A stretch of 51,238 nt of DNA from assembly GCF_001194135.2 (NCBI RefSeq), contig NC_069001.1, positions 20,809,748 through 20,860,985 on the forward strand. Direction: 5' to 3'. The position numbers and the translations under genes were made by a program. Below the pieces are notes generated by a model. The model saw only the letters and a list, made by a program, of their open reading frames with translations. It did no database searches and had not been told where the DNA came from. Below, piece after piece: positions 1-11,640 of the stretch (within the stretch, counting starts at the first letter, position 1; every line of letters begins with the position of its first letter). Origin of the DNA: Octopus bimaculoides (lineage: Eukaryota).

Positions 1-302
1 AGAGGAGCTCCCAGGGGCAACCTGTCTTGAACTCCTCTGTGATTGCCTGGAGGACTATGATAAATAAGAGAGGGCTAAGGACGGAACCTTGGTGGACCCC
101 TACCTCTACCCGGAATTCATTGCTGTACTCATTTCCAACCCTCACCTTACTGGCAGCATCTCTGTACATGGCTCGCACAGCTCTCACTAACCATTCTTCT
201 ATCCCAAGTTTCCTCATTGACCACCAGATAAAGGATCGGGGGACCCTGTCAAAGGCTTTCTCCATGTCAACGAAAGCCAGGTACAGAGGTTTATCCTTAG
301 CT
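1..302 (-). mobile_element. RTE-clade LINE, RT fragment (5'-truncated; continues off the window start)
   Basis: Reverse strand reads LAKDKPLYLAFVDMEKAFDRVPRSFIWWSMRKLGIEEWLVRAVRAMY...VGVHQGSVLSPLLFIIVLQAITEEFKTGCPWELL. Same family as 28487-30942. Confidence 0.93.
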
Positions 303-1133
303 AGGTATATATATATATATATATATGTACATACATACACATATATATATATGTACATATATATGTATGTACACATATATATATGTACATACATACACAC
401 ACATACATACATAGGCGCAGGTGTAGCTGTGTGACCATTCCTGTATATATGCAGACAATGTAAATGTCCCAACAATTCAAGTAAGTTAGCTACAGTTAGA
501 GTGTAACACACATATATAAACATATCAGCACACACACAGCAGAAGACCGATGTAAGTAGACTAGAGAAAAGAAATAATTTCAGGCCATTATGAATATTAT
601 TATATGTGCCCATTTCAAATATGAATATTATTTATATACTTGTATACCTGTGTTGTAAAAAATGCTGGCAGTTTTATTAATTATAGAAGATGGTACATCA
701 ACACATTGGGAAAAAACTTTAATAAATGCTAGCAATCTAGTAAATACATGTACATACACAGAATTGAAAAGTTAAATAGGATTGTAATGTATAGGCTGAA
801 AATATCACCCTCATAATGTATGTGTGTATATTTACTCATACATACACACACATATATACACATAAATATACATACATATACATACATAAATATATGTAGA
901 TATAAATACGTATATACAACTCTTCGAAACACTTAGTTTAGTATGGTGGCAGCTGATGAAGGAAATATTCTCTATGTAGCCTGTTTGTTTTCTGTGCTCT
1001 GTTTATGTTCTGTTTTTCATTTTGTCCACGTTTTCTTGTGACATCCTGTACCCAGATATACATCTATATATGCATGTAGATGTAGGTATGTACATACATG
1101 TACGAATATATGCATATACTTACATATCATTTG

Positions 1134-1176
<43 letters not shown>

Positions 1177-1185
1177 TATATATAT

Positions 1186-1380
1186 ATGTCTTTTAACTGT
1201 TTCAGTCATTAGAGTGTGGCCATGCTGGAGCACCACCTTGAATTTTTTTCATCGAAATGTATTGACCCCAATACTTGTTTTTTAAAGCCAGGTATTTATT
1301 CTATCGGTCTCTTTTGCTGAACTGCTAAGTTACGGGGATGTAAAAACAGCACCAGTTGTCAAGTAGTGGTGGGGGCACAC
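1186..1380 (-). mobile_element. tRNA-SINE family A, 3' half
   Basis: Reverse complement matches the 3' part of 8489-8930 (gtccccgtaacttagc, gagaccgatagaataa, ccagcatggccac, actgaaaca). Confidence 0.8.
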
Positions 1381-1419
1381 ACACACACACACAAGTTTAT
1401 GTATACATTTATATATATA

Positions 1420-2640
1420 CTGGTACACCTCGATTTAAGTCATTTTCGACTATATGTTGGTTTTCAAAAATAATATATGGAAAAATTTTACTCAATTTAT
1501 GTCTGTCTGCCAGAAATATTGGAATTGTAAAATCACTAGAAAACCATTTAAAGTAGATAAAATCATGTTACTGTACAATAAATAAGAATAAAAGCATATA
1601 AAATCATACTAAAATATGTACAGTAAACGTTAAGATACACACCATAAAGTAGTGTAGCTTAGTGAATGAAATCATGAAATTAGCCGTGTTATCTTATCGA
1701 TCTTTCAGAACTCATATTACACTGTAGTTCCAGTATCTACCATTAAGCATTGTTGTCACTTGTGATTTCCGCGACTGTTTTCAATTCAGATTTGTTTACG
1801 TCTGTTTATCAACTACTTTCTCATTCTCATTCATTTGTGACTTTATTTTTTGTCCCCATGGCTCCTAAGAAAATTCAGAGTGAAAGTGCTAAGTGTCATG
1901 CTATAACACTGGAAGATAAACTTGCTATGATAAAACACCATGGAAAAGGTGAAAAAGTGATAGCAATTGCACAATCTTTTGGGACGAGTTGGACAACTGT
2001 ATCGATGGTTGTACATAATAAGGACAAGATTTTAGCACATATCAAATCTGAAACCCCTGGGATGAAGAACACTGTCATCAATAAGAAAAGAGGCAAAATC
2101 TTTGAAGAAATGGAAAGTCTTTCTCTTTTAATTGTTAGGTTGAATCGTCAGTGTGCTACTATTTGTCAAGAAATCTTTCAAGAGAAAGCTTTGTCTTAGG
2201 ACATGTAGAAAAAATACCCAGATGAGAAAGATGTAGAGTTCAAGGCAAGTCAAGGATGGTTCATGAGATTTAAGAAGCGAAGATGTTATCACTCCATTAA
2301 GAAGCAAGATGAAAGTGCATCAGCTGACAAACAAGCAGCAGCAGAATTTCCTAATGCATTAAAGAAAATTATTGAAGAAAACTGGTTTCTTTCTGAATAG
2401 ATTTTTAACGTAGATGAAACTGGATTGCATTGGAATAAATTGCCGGATTGTTCATTCATTTTCAAGGAGGAGAAAACTATTCCAGGCTACAAGGTCTCGA
2501 AAGTATGTGTGACCATTATGTTGAGAGGTAATTGTGCAGGAGAATCTAAGTTAAAGCCCTGCTTGTGTATTATGCACACAACCCCTGTGCCGTGAACAAC
2601 ATACCCAAAGCATCTCTCTCTGTTATATGGAAAAGTCATT
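1420..2640 (+). mobile_element. Tigger/pogo DNA transposon, 5' half with decayed transposase
   Basis: TA|CTGGTACACCTCGATTTA Tigger-like terminus at 1420. ATG at 1858 gives MAPKK...ITLEDKLAMIK (CENP-B-type HTH), then EFKASQGWFMRFKKR and IFNVDETGLHW (DDE_1). Several in-frame stops; 3' half absent. Confidence 0.92.
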
Positions 2641-3195
2641 TGTTTCTATCCAGTTCCTTGTTGTAATTAAGTACCATTTGGAAATATGAAATCATTATGA
2701 AATTCAGGTGTGTTTTCTTCCCTTGCAGTTCTAAGTTCAAGTCTTTCTAGTGTGTCTTCTTCAAGAGTCCTAGAAATTTGACAAATAACTTTGGGATCAA
2801 TCTTGTTGGGACACAATTCGCATGAAGCAGTAAATAGAAATAGAACCAAATCTTGCCCTATCATGTGAGAGGACACAGCAGTTAACATAGTTTTTGGTGC
2901 ACTGTGTCTAGGTGATGGATAGGATCAGGACTGACATGGGACTCAGCAACAGTGAACAGTAGAAACAATAAGTAACAGAAAATTCTGTCTGCAAAAGATG
3001 TAATTATTTTCTGAACTATAAGGAGCCGAAGATTTAATGGATAGTTTTATTGTGGTTTGTATTAGCATGAATAACTTTATAGATAAATGTTCCAATGATG
3101 GAATGCTCATCTCTTAAAAGTAACTTTTCCCAAATGACTACAATCTATTTTCAAGCCTCTTTAGCCAAGGGCAGTACAAGGTTATCTTACCCTTT

Positions 3196-3580
3196 GTGTG
3201 GTAAGAAGCTTGCTTCCTAACCACATGGTTCCAGGTTTGGTCTCATTGCATGGCACTTTGGGCAAGTGTCTTCTACTATAGCCTTGGGCTGGCCAAAACC
3301 TTGTGAGGGGATTTGGTAGATGGGAACAGAAAGTTGATCATATATATATATATATGTGTGTGCGTGTGTCTGTGTTTGACCCCCAACTACTGCTTGACAA
3401 CCAGTGTTGACATGTTTACATCCCCTTAGCTTAGTGGTTTAGAAAAAGAGACTGATAGCATAAGTACCAAGCTTACAAAAAAAAAAAAATGAGCACTAGA
3501 GTCAATATATTCAAAAAGATTTTCAAGGCAGCACCCCAGCATGGCCACTGTCTAATGACTGAAACAAGTAAAAGATAAAA
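3196..3580 (+). mobile_element. tRNA-SINE family A, diverged near-full copy
   Basis: Colinear with 8489-8930, including the internal (TA/TG)n and the ccagcatggccac...actgaaacaagtaaaag tail. Confidence 0.85.
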
Positions 3581-5006
3581 CTTTAACTTATGACCTGTTA
3601 GCAGATAGCTTATCCACATGAACCTTTTATAGTATTTTTCATTCATCAACCATAAGCATCATGTTTTTAATTATAATAATTATTGAATAAATAGAGCTAA
3701 TCCATCCCCCCACTTCCCAGAAAAAGGTGTCATTCACAAATGAGTCTTTTCCAGGACTCAACCAGAATGAGTAAGCAAGCTCAGTGATTTCATTCAATTT
3801 AATATGTTGATAGTTATACATTGTAGCCACCACTCAGCCATTACTTGTCTACACATTAAAGTTAAACTTAACTCTTAATATTTTTATATAGAAAATGAGA
3901 AGTGTTCTCTTATTTTTCTTTTTGGTAAGGAGCAAGAAGCTGTGTCCATAATGTTTCAAGATCCTCCAAGACTGGTGAGATTGACACAGTTAATGTTCCT
4001 CTTGAACAATTGCAAGTTGATGTTGATATATTCATTGGACATTAGTGGCATAAAATCTCATGACTTCATCAAGGAAGGGTAATGATCATCTTTTTAACTG
4101 GGTTTCTGAAACTATTAGGAGGAAATTGTCCTTGAAACAGAGACCTGACTCAAATGCTTGCAACAGCATGAACTTTGCTAAAGGCATCCAAAGGTCAGGT
4201 GGTGGTGGTGTTAAACTGGGTTACTAGTTAAGCACCACAAGAGTTAAGCAATAGAGCAACACGAGAAGAAATTTTAATTAGTCATTTGAGTCCACGCTTT
4301 CTTTATCAAGTACAGTGTAAGTGTATGTTGTGCTGTTGTTAGTGACTCTTTCATTGAAGAAGTACACTAAATTGATCCTAATTAACCAAAGAATCAACTG
4401 CATTGTATTCTGTCTCTTGTAATAATACTTCTTATACTGGTTCTTTGTATCTCATTGTAAAGAGACATCAAGTGGAAATGTATTTCATATTTGGAGCTCT
4501 ACAGGATGCGGTGGATAAATTGTTGTCTCAATTACGCAAAAATGAAAATAACACTGACATCTCATTTTAACAGATATATTTACCAAAATTACATAAAAAT
4601 ATCTTGAAATACGAAAGAGTAAATTTATTCAATAAAATCGCCATTGGCTTCGACCATGGCCTCCAGACGACTTCGTAATCTCCTGCAACTCTTCTGGACA
4701 GTCTCTTTGTTTAAGTTGGTGAATTCTGCCATAATCCTTGCCTTCAGTTCATCTTTGGTGTTACAAAGAGTTTTGTTAGTCTCTCGCTCAACTGCACCCC
4801 ACACATAATACTCAAGGAGATTGCAGTCTGGGGAGTTAGGTGGCCAGATGTTTGGAGTGATGTGATTGCAGAAATTATCTGATAGCTATGACTAGGTTCT
4901 CCTACTTGTGTGACTTGGGGCAGAGTCCTGTTGCTACACGTATGGTCTTCCAGCAGCCACCCGCTTGATCCAGGGCAGCACTACCTTCTCCAAGCACAAA
5001 TATTTC

Positions 5007-5660
5007 CTTCGAGTAAAACCACTAATAGAAGAGAATATGACCAAGATCTGCATGTAGTCCATCCCATGCAGCTGTGGTTAGTTATACAAGAGCGAAACAT
5101 ACCTCCCCCTCAAAATAAGGGTAGAGTAACATCGCAAAGCTGTGACATGGGGAGATACTGATAAATTGGGTATAGCTGATCATGTATGGAAAAATGGAGA
5201 CCACCTCCCCATGTGGGATGAAGTTAAAATAATAGACAGAGAACACCACTGGAAAATATGAAAACTAAAAGAAGCAGCACATATGCTAGGACACAACAAC
5301 CTCCTAAGCAGACCAAGTGCAGATGTGAACAACATATGGGACCTGTATTAAGGAAGATAAGAGAATATTAGATTTATAAGCCCTAAAATTCACTCCATAA
5401 TTGCCCACGGGCATATGGTGTAGTGGTTAAGAGCACGGGCTACTAACTCCAAGATCCTGAGTTCGATTCTAGGCAGTGATCTGAATAATAATAATAATAA
5501 TAATAATAACTTTGAAAAATACCTTAGGAATGAGAACCCAGGTTCGAAACTTCCCCAAAACACCTGATGAAGGCTGGTGGGTATATCAGCGAAAACATTG
5601 TGTTAACAAACAAGATGAGGTCAAAATCCGTCAAAAATGTAAATAATATAAATAATGTTC
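5007..5660 (+). mobile_element. Penelope-like element 3' fragment: GIY-YIG endonuclease plus terminal tRNA-like/hammerhead module
   Basis: *SIPCSCG*LYKSETYLPLKIRVE*HRKAVTWGDTDKLGIADHVWKNGDHLPMWDEVKIIDREHHWKI*KLKEAAHML is a decayed PLE GIY-YIG domain. It is followed by A/B-box sequence (5409-5481), (AAT)n and CTGATGA...GAAA. Confidence 0.88.
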
Positions 5661-5664
5661 AAAG

Positions 5665-6205
5665 TCCATTATTCCAAACAGCCGTTCTCTCTCTTCCTTT
5701 CCTGTCAAATGAGCATGCTCTTCATATCAAGGGAAGTCACTCGGATCCTAACACAATTTGCATAACAGTTACAAATAGCTATTATAAATTGAATAATGTA
5801 TAATTTGCATAACATTCACTCTGTCCTAGAAAGAGAAAGAAAGAAAAAAAATCATAGATCAGCCTTTCCGGGACTTTCTGAATCCTTTGAGATTGATACA
5901 GCTGAGGGGATTCTTTTTGTTCTTGACATTTATCTCTAGGAGGCAAAGAAATTTCAGTTGGCTCTCTGTCTGGCTCTTGAGGGACAAATGTTTGGGTTAA
6001 GTTATCAGTTGTGTTGGTGATGCCAATTGTTTTGTGGATACTTTGGTTTCGCGACTGGGTAACAGACATGAGCGTATTGAGGGTTGGCTTCGATTAAATC
6101 AACTCAGTCCACGATAGGGTCATACTTGTTAGTGAGATTGTTCCTTTGAACAAGCACAGGTCCTGGCTTAAGAAGCCATGTTGGCATAGATGTTCCTGTT
6201 ACTGA
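5665..6205 (-). mobile_element. Gypsy-type LTR retrotransposon remnant (integrase C-terminus, PPT, start of 3' LTR)
   Basis: SMPTWLLKPGPVLVQRNNLTNKYDPIVD*VDLIEANPQYAHVCYP/RETKVSTKQLASP and SQRIQKVPERL resemble Gypsy pol ends. Purine tract aggacagagtgaa is followed by TGTTATG at 5814. Confidence 0.7.
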
Positions 6206-6671
6206 ATGTCTTTGATTGTTAATGTTCATATTGGAGCTTCCGGCCTGAATGCCAAGTTGTACAGCATGTTGTTTTCAAATTTCTGGTAGAGTGAATTGCG
6301 ACATGGTACTGTTTTCCTCACAGAGTGTCCAACTGACCCTACTATACAATGTAATCGACAAAATCATAAACAAACAATGTGTATGCGCGAAATTAAAAAT
6401 ATAAAATCGCAACAATTTACCCATTGCACCCTGTATAATTGACAAAGTTTGTGTTGTTTAGCAAAAGTATAACAAAGACAACACAAACCCTTTCTTGTGT
6501 AGTTTACTTTGAAGAGCTACATGAGCATTACCCAATAGATTACATGACATTAAGTTCGTTGAAAAACATTTACTTATTTAGGTTGATATCATCTTTTTTT
6601 TTGTTTGTGGGTTTTTTTTTTGGGTTTTTTTTGAGAATTAACTCTGTTTTATTTGAAGTATATCATTTTAA

Positions 6672-6885
6672 TCCTTTATCATTTAAACCAGCCATATCCG
6701 GCCCAGACACTCTTCATGTTTTATATTCAAGCTGGCCAGATCTAGCCCCTCACTTCAACACAATGGTGTTATTCTAAAACTAAACAATCACATCATTGAA
6801 ATATGAAAGCTATGAGACAATGTATGAGTAATTCAAAATAATGGGAATACATTACATTTGACAGAGTAATCTGAATGCTAAATGG
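6672..6885 (+). mobile_element. ~215-bp piggyBac-type MITE, copy 1
   Basis: TTAA flanks (6668-6671, 6886-6889). Termini tcctttatcattt...aatgctaaatgg. Colinear with 38065-38283 and 39032-39250. Confidence 0.7.
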
Positions 6886-8350
6886 TTAAAATATTTTCAT
6901 ACAACAAGTAACAAGATAACATATTAACCTTACAGCTTATTGATTTCTTTTCAAAGAAAATGGGAATTTATCCCAAGGCATTTGGCAGTGTGAGAAAGTG
7001 CTGTGGACATGATATTCATAATTGTTATAATAAATCCTCAACAAATTAAAAGTTTAACTTAGTGTTGCAGTTATGCCATAATTATTTTTATAAGCGCTTT
7101 ATATGAAAAGTCACGCAAATCATTTCAAAACAATAGGCATTAAAGTTCAATATGAGTAGTTAGGTCATGAAAAGTGACATTGTTTTCATGTTGGATACTG
7201 AAGTTAGGTTGATAGAATGCATCTCTCCAGGCTATTATCTCTGACCATAAATTGTAGATATAAAGAATAACTGAAACAAAATTACTTGAAGGATGAAGCT
7301 TTGTCACAAATCTGTCACTCGAAACTTTACATCATTTTTGTAAGGCCTGCATGCTGAATCTACTATAAGCTCTCATATTTTCTTTATTATGTTTCAGAAT
7401 GAAATGGGGGTAGCCAATGTATTAACTCCCTTTGAATGAGATACTATGTTTGGAGAAGCAGAAAAGTTGGGGAAGATAAAATCTCTGTTTAAGTACTGGT
7501 AAAGTACAGAGATTTTGCTGTTGAACAGCCACTACTCAGCTCTGACCTTAAAAATTTTGAAAGATATTTGATGATGAAGCACCTATTAAATATTTGGGTG
7601 CATGAAGCTAGAATTCCCTGTACTGATTGGTCAGTTTTGGCAATTTTTGTTACCTCATCTGTAAGGACTGCTCAACTTTGGCTGATTCTGAACTGAGTTC
7701 TCTGTCAGTATATATATGTTTTTACCATAAAAATCTATGGATGATTAAGTAAATCACTAATGTGTATACAGAAAATTAATGTAGACAGCAGTGTGCAATG
7801 TTTTACCAAAGAAAGAATTCAGTCTGGAATCAGCCCAAGTTGAACAGTCCTTACTAATGAGGCAACAGAAATTGCTGAAATTAACCCGTGAGTATAGGGA
7901 ATTCTTGATTGGTGTTTTCAGGCGATTATAATCCCTGTCAGTCTATATGTATACAATTATGTGCTTTGACTACAGCATTAGAGCATTTAGCTCTTATTTC
8001 TAGCAATGTAGGTGTTTCTAAAACCCTTGTCATAATTAGTGACATACATATATATATATATATGAGAGGTTTTGGAATATGGAAGACCCAAAAGGTAGGT
8101 AAGGCTATGTAAGTGTTATGGAAAGACTACTGTTAGACTCCCGGTTCGATAATAGTATGAGTGAAGAGTGGACAAGGAGCCTCTTTACCCATTCTACACG
8201 GCACATTCCTTGGATAATGGAACAGCAACTTTAACATCCAGCATATTATTTTTATTCTCTTATTTCCCTTTATACTTCCTATATCTCTCCGTTTCCATAA
8301 TAACTTCTTTTACTGAACTCTACTATTTCCTTCTATTTAACTTTCTCACC

Positions 8351-8398
8351 GTCTCTGATGATGGGATCTCCTTTATATCCCTGAAACAGCTGTAAGAC
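8351..8398 (+). ncRNA. Minimal type I hammerhead ribozyme (PLE-type, family 2)
   Basis: GTCT-CTGATGA-T-GGGAT(ctcctttat)ATCCC-T-GAAA-CAGCTG-T-A/AGAC. Stem I GUCU:AGAC, stem II 5 bp, palindromic stem III ACAGCUGU, GUA cleavage triplet ending at 8394. Confidence 0.72.
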
Positions 8399-8488
8399 TA
8401 CCTTTCTCTTTATAAATGTCCTAGAAATTTCACACTCCCTTGGCTTTGTTGTCTCATTTTATTTAAGATATATATATATATATATTAT

Positions 8489-8668
8489 AGGTGTAGGAGT
8501 GGCTGTGTGGTAAGTAGCTTGCTTATCATCCACATGGTTCCGGGTTCGGTCCCATTGCATGGCACCTTGGGCAGGTGTCTTCTACTTTAGCCTCGGGCCA
8601 ACCAAGGCCTTGTGAGTGGATGTGGTAGACAGAAGCTGAAAGAAGCCCGTCGTATACATGTGTGTGTG

Positions 8669-8699
<31 letters not shown>

Positions 8700-8930
8700 A
8701 TATATATATATATGTATGTGTATATGTTTGTGTGTCTGTGTTTGTCCCCCCAACATCGCTTGACAACCAATGCTGGTGTGTTTACATCCCCGTACCTTAG
8801 AAGTTTGGCAAAAAGAGACCGATAGAATAAGTACTAGGCTTACAAAGAATAAGTCCTGGTGTCGATTTGCTCGACCAAAGGCGGTGCTCCAGCATGGCCA
8901 CAGTCAAATGACTGAAACAATAAAAGAGTA
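8489..8930 (+). mobile_element. tRNA-SINE family A, full-length
   Basis: tRNA-like head with A box (tggctgtgtggt) and B box (ggttcggtccc), internal (TG/TA)n, and 3' tail gcggtgctccagcatggccacagtcaaatgactgaaacaataaaag. Confidence 0.9.
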
Positions 8931-11359
8931 TATACATATCTTCTGTTCTTTGTATGGACTTAGCTACCTAAAGTAAGGTAGTCAGTTCTTTACTTTTACT
9001 GTAGTCATGCTTGGGTTGTTCATTTCTAGTCCACAGTTAATATTAACCCCCTTGTTTAATTTATCTAACTGTTTTCTGTGGTTTTGCATTGATTTTGTGC
9101 TCCTAAAATCTGACATTCCCTTTGAATTTTTAATTGAGAAGTTCATTTTTTTAATGTTAACCTTTGTTGGCATTCCTGCAACCACACTCTCTACCCATTT
9201 TTTAGAATGATAACAACAGAGAAAATATTCCCTTCATTTTTTTTCCTCAATAATTTGTTAGGTTTATTTTGTATATTTAATAATTATTATTTAGCACTGC
9301 CACCTGGCCCCTTTGTGTCTTTAGCAGTGACTTTTCTGTTGCAAACATTCTGAACATGTTTCTGATATAGAGATATCCCAATATCTTCATGTGTTGCTTC
9401 CTAGTGCTCCTTCATTGTGTAATATTAGTGTTTATTTGAGGGTGCAGATAAAAACCCACCACCAGATACAATTTGCCCCTAACCCTATGAATAATAGAGA
9501 GTGAGCCCTGTTGACTTGTAGACCCACTCATGACCTGTGACATTCAACTGGCAGCTTCCAGAGATGGAAACAGTGGTTTGCAGCAACCCATCAGTCAGAT
9601 TTTTTTTCCCCTTTTCCCAATTGTTATGGAGGTTCTACAAAAGTCATGGATACTGCTTTTCCTTCTTAGACTAGGTCATATCTGAATTGAGATTGTTCCA
9701 TGGTGACAAAATATCAGACAAGCACTGAAATGAATTTTATTGACTGTGAACTGAAGATGTATCTGGCAACACATGATACAAATGTCTAATCAGTGATAAC
9801 ACAGTTACTAACTAACCTCATTATGTGTGAACAAAATTTCTGATAAAATTGCAAAGTTGTCACTGTATGATCTTTACATGTAAATATGAAATATTTCATG
9901 TTATTAACTACTACATGATACTTATCTATTGACTGCATTATTAGTCAAATAGCAGTGTACATACGTAACTCTCAGCCTTTAAACTAAATATATAATAGCT
10001 GTGATGCTATTTTAGAAAGGTCAAACTTTACAATTTAACATTAAGTAACATTGACTACAAAGTGACTCCCTCAGCTTATACTTGTTGGACAAGGTACATT
10101 TACTACATTACTCATTGTTATCTTGTACTAAACCATAACATTTTCTTGTGAATATTTTTTGTTGTTGCTCATTCTTTTGTATATAAATAAGTACCATTGG
10201 TACTTACTTACATACATAGCTTGCTACTATATCTTGTCTAATAATTATAAATAGTACCAAAGAAAAATAGAGTAACTGTGGTTAAAAATGGGGAAGTACA
10301 GGATATTTAATGAGTACATTGTTTAGTTGCAGTGTAAAACCAAGACTTTCCATAGATTATGCATACACATTGTAATTTATAATTAACTTGTGTCCTCGTC
10401 AAACTCTGATCTTTTTTCTACAGGAATCTAACCCACTTTAAGGAAGCATGCTACAGTGTTTCCCAATCCAAAGAAGAGTAACCTCTCTGGCTCTGTCAAC
10501 TCCTGACTTTTCACTGTCATTTACAACATCTCCAAGGTAATGCAAACTAATGAACAACCACCTTCGATGTTTCCTGCCTTAGTGGCCACCAGAATGATTT
10601 CTGTAGAGCCAGATCTACAAAAAACTTGCTCTCCCGAGTCATGCACTAGTGATATCTTATCCTTGAGACATTTAGCAGAAAATTTCATTATGTCTTGCAT
10701 GAGAACCTCTTAGCTAAGTTACCTGCGTATAGACTTCATCCCTCTTCCTGTCAGTCTGCTTTATTGCAAAGTCTGCTTACATGCTCTCACATTTTTTTAT
10801 ATACCAAGTTTTGTTTAAGACCTCTTGCACTATTCCTTTTGTACATAACGTTATTGCTGTTTATTTACTTTAATAAGATATTCATTTATCAGATTTTGTC
10901 ACTTGTACTGATCTTTGACTATTGATGGAGAGAACATCGTGGGAACATGACAACCTAGTCTCCCCTTCAAAAAAAGAAAACAGCTTTGCCATCTCTACAT
11001 ATATCAAAATCATCTACCTCACCATTTTTACATGAAGCACACAACTGAAGTGTACAAGTTTGCAGCCTGTTAACTTGCTTATGATTCCACTGCACCATAC
11101 GTGCATCCATAGTTTGCACTAGACATACCTTATGGAATTCAAATCTCTTCTTTTCTACATATTGCACAGAGCAATTTTCTTAATGTGAGCAGGGTTTTGT
11201 CTGTTTTCTTGTAATATATTTTAGTTACAGCTAAGATAAATTTTACCTCAAATGATTCTAGGCTTTGTTTTCATGCCTGGAATTTCTTCTCTAAGCTAGC
11301 AACAGATTCAACTGATTCATCAATATGAGTGAGTTCTAGAGCGTGAAGAAGTCCACATA

Positions 11360-11393
<34 letters not shown>

Positions 11394-11563
11394 GATAGAT
11401 ATGCAGGGCAGGGAATCATCAATTAGTAATAAAATTAATAATTAAATATCGCTATCAATCTGGAGTATTAATTTGTAGTTTTGAAATCAGTAGTCCTTTG
11501 ACTGCTATTTCTGAATTCTCAGTATGTTGGAGAAGCAGGTTACTGTCTATCCCTATATATTTA

Positions 11564-11615
<52 letters not shown>

Positions 11616-11640
11616 GCATGCATACACACACACACACACA

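Larger units (their letters stand above)
4502..6433 (-). mobile_element. Tc1/mariner (DD37D, maT-like) element, internally deleted, with nested insertions
   Basis: Imperfect TIRs CAGGATGCGGTGGATAAATTG (4502) and reverse-strand CAGGGTGCAATGGGTAAATTG (6433), TA on both flanks. 4502-4996 encodes QQDSAPSH...WPPNS(P)DCNLLEYYVWGAVE...LEAMVEANGDFIE. 6205-6433 matches the 5' end of the 42338 copy. Confidence 0.9.

Noticed and set aside
455-480. Possible ATG-bearing mini-exon (ATGTCCCAACAATTCAA|gtaagt)
   Set aside because: Weak acceptor, upstream ATG-TAA, and a phase-2 donor that does not match the annexin exon.
915-985. CGAAAC followed by CTGATGAAG as a permuted hammerhead
   Set aside because: Stems I and II cannot be paired convincingly. 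At most a decayed PLE-end remnant.
2667-2888. Minus-strand ORF with protein-like composition (TLEEDTLERLELRTAREENTPEF)
   Set aside because: No recognisable family, weak donor (gtactt), and no partner exons.
5409-5481. tRNA gene calls for tRNA-like heads (also 31111-31183, 37349-37417 and the SINE heads)
   Set aside because: Acceptor and anticodon stems are poorly paired and each is embedded in a repeat. Treated as tRNA-derived promoters.
10424-10536. Exon-like segment with good acceptor (cttttttctacag) and donor (aag|gtaatg)
   Set aside because: Stops occur in all three frames, and the internal ATG frame ends in phase 2, incompatible with the phase-1 acceptor at 35904. A UTR exon cannot be excluded without RNA data.
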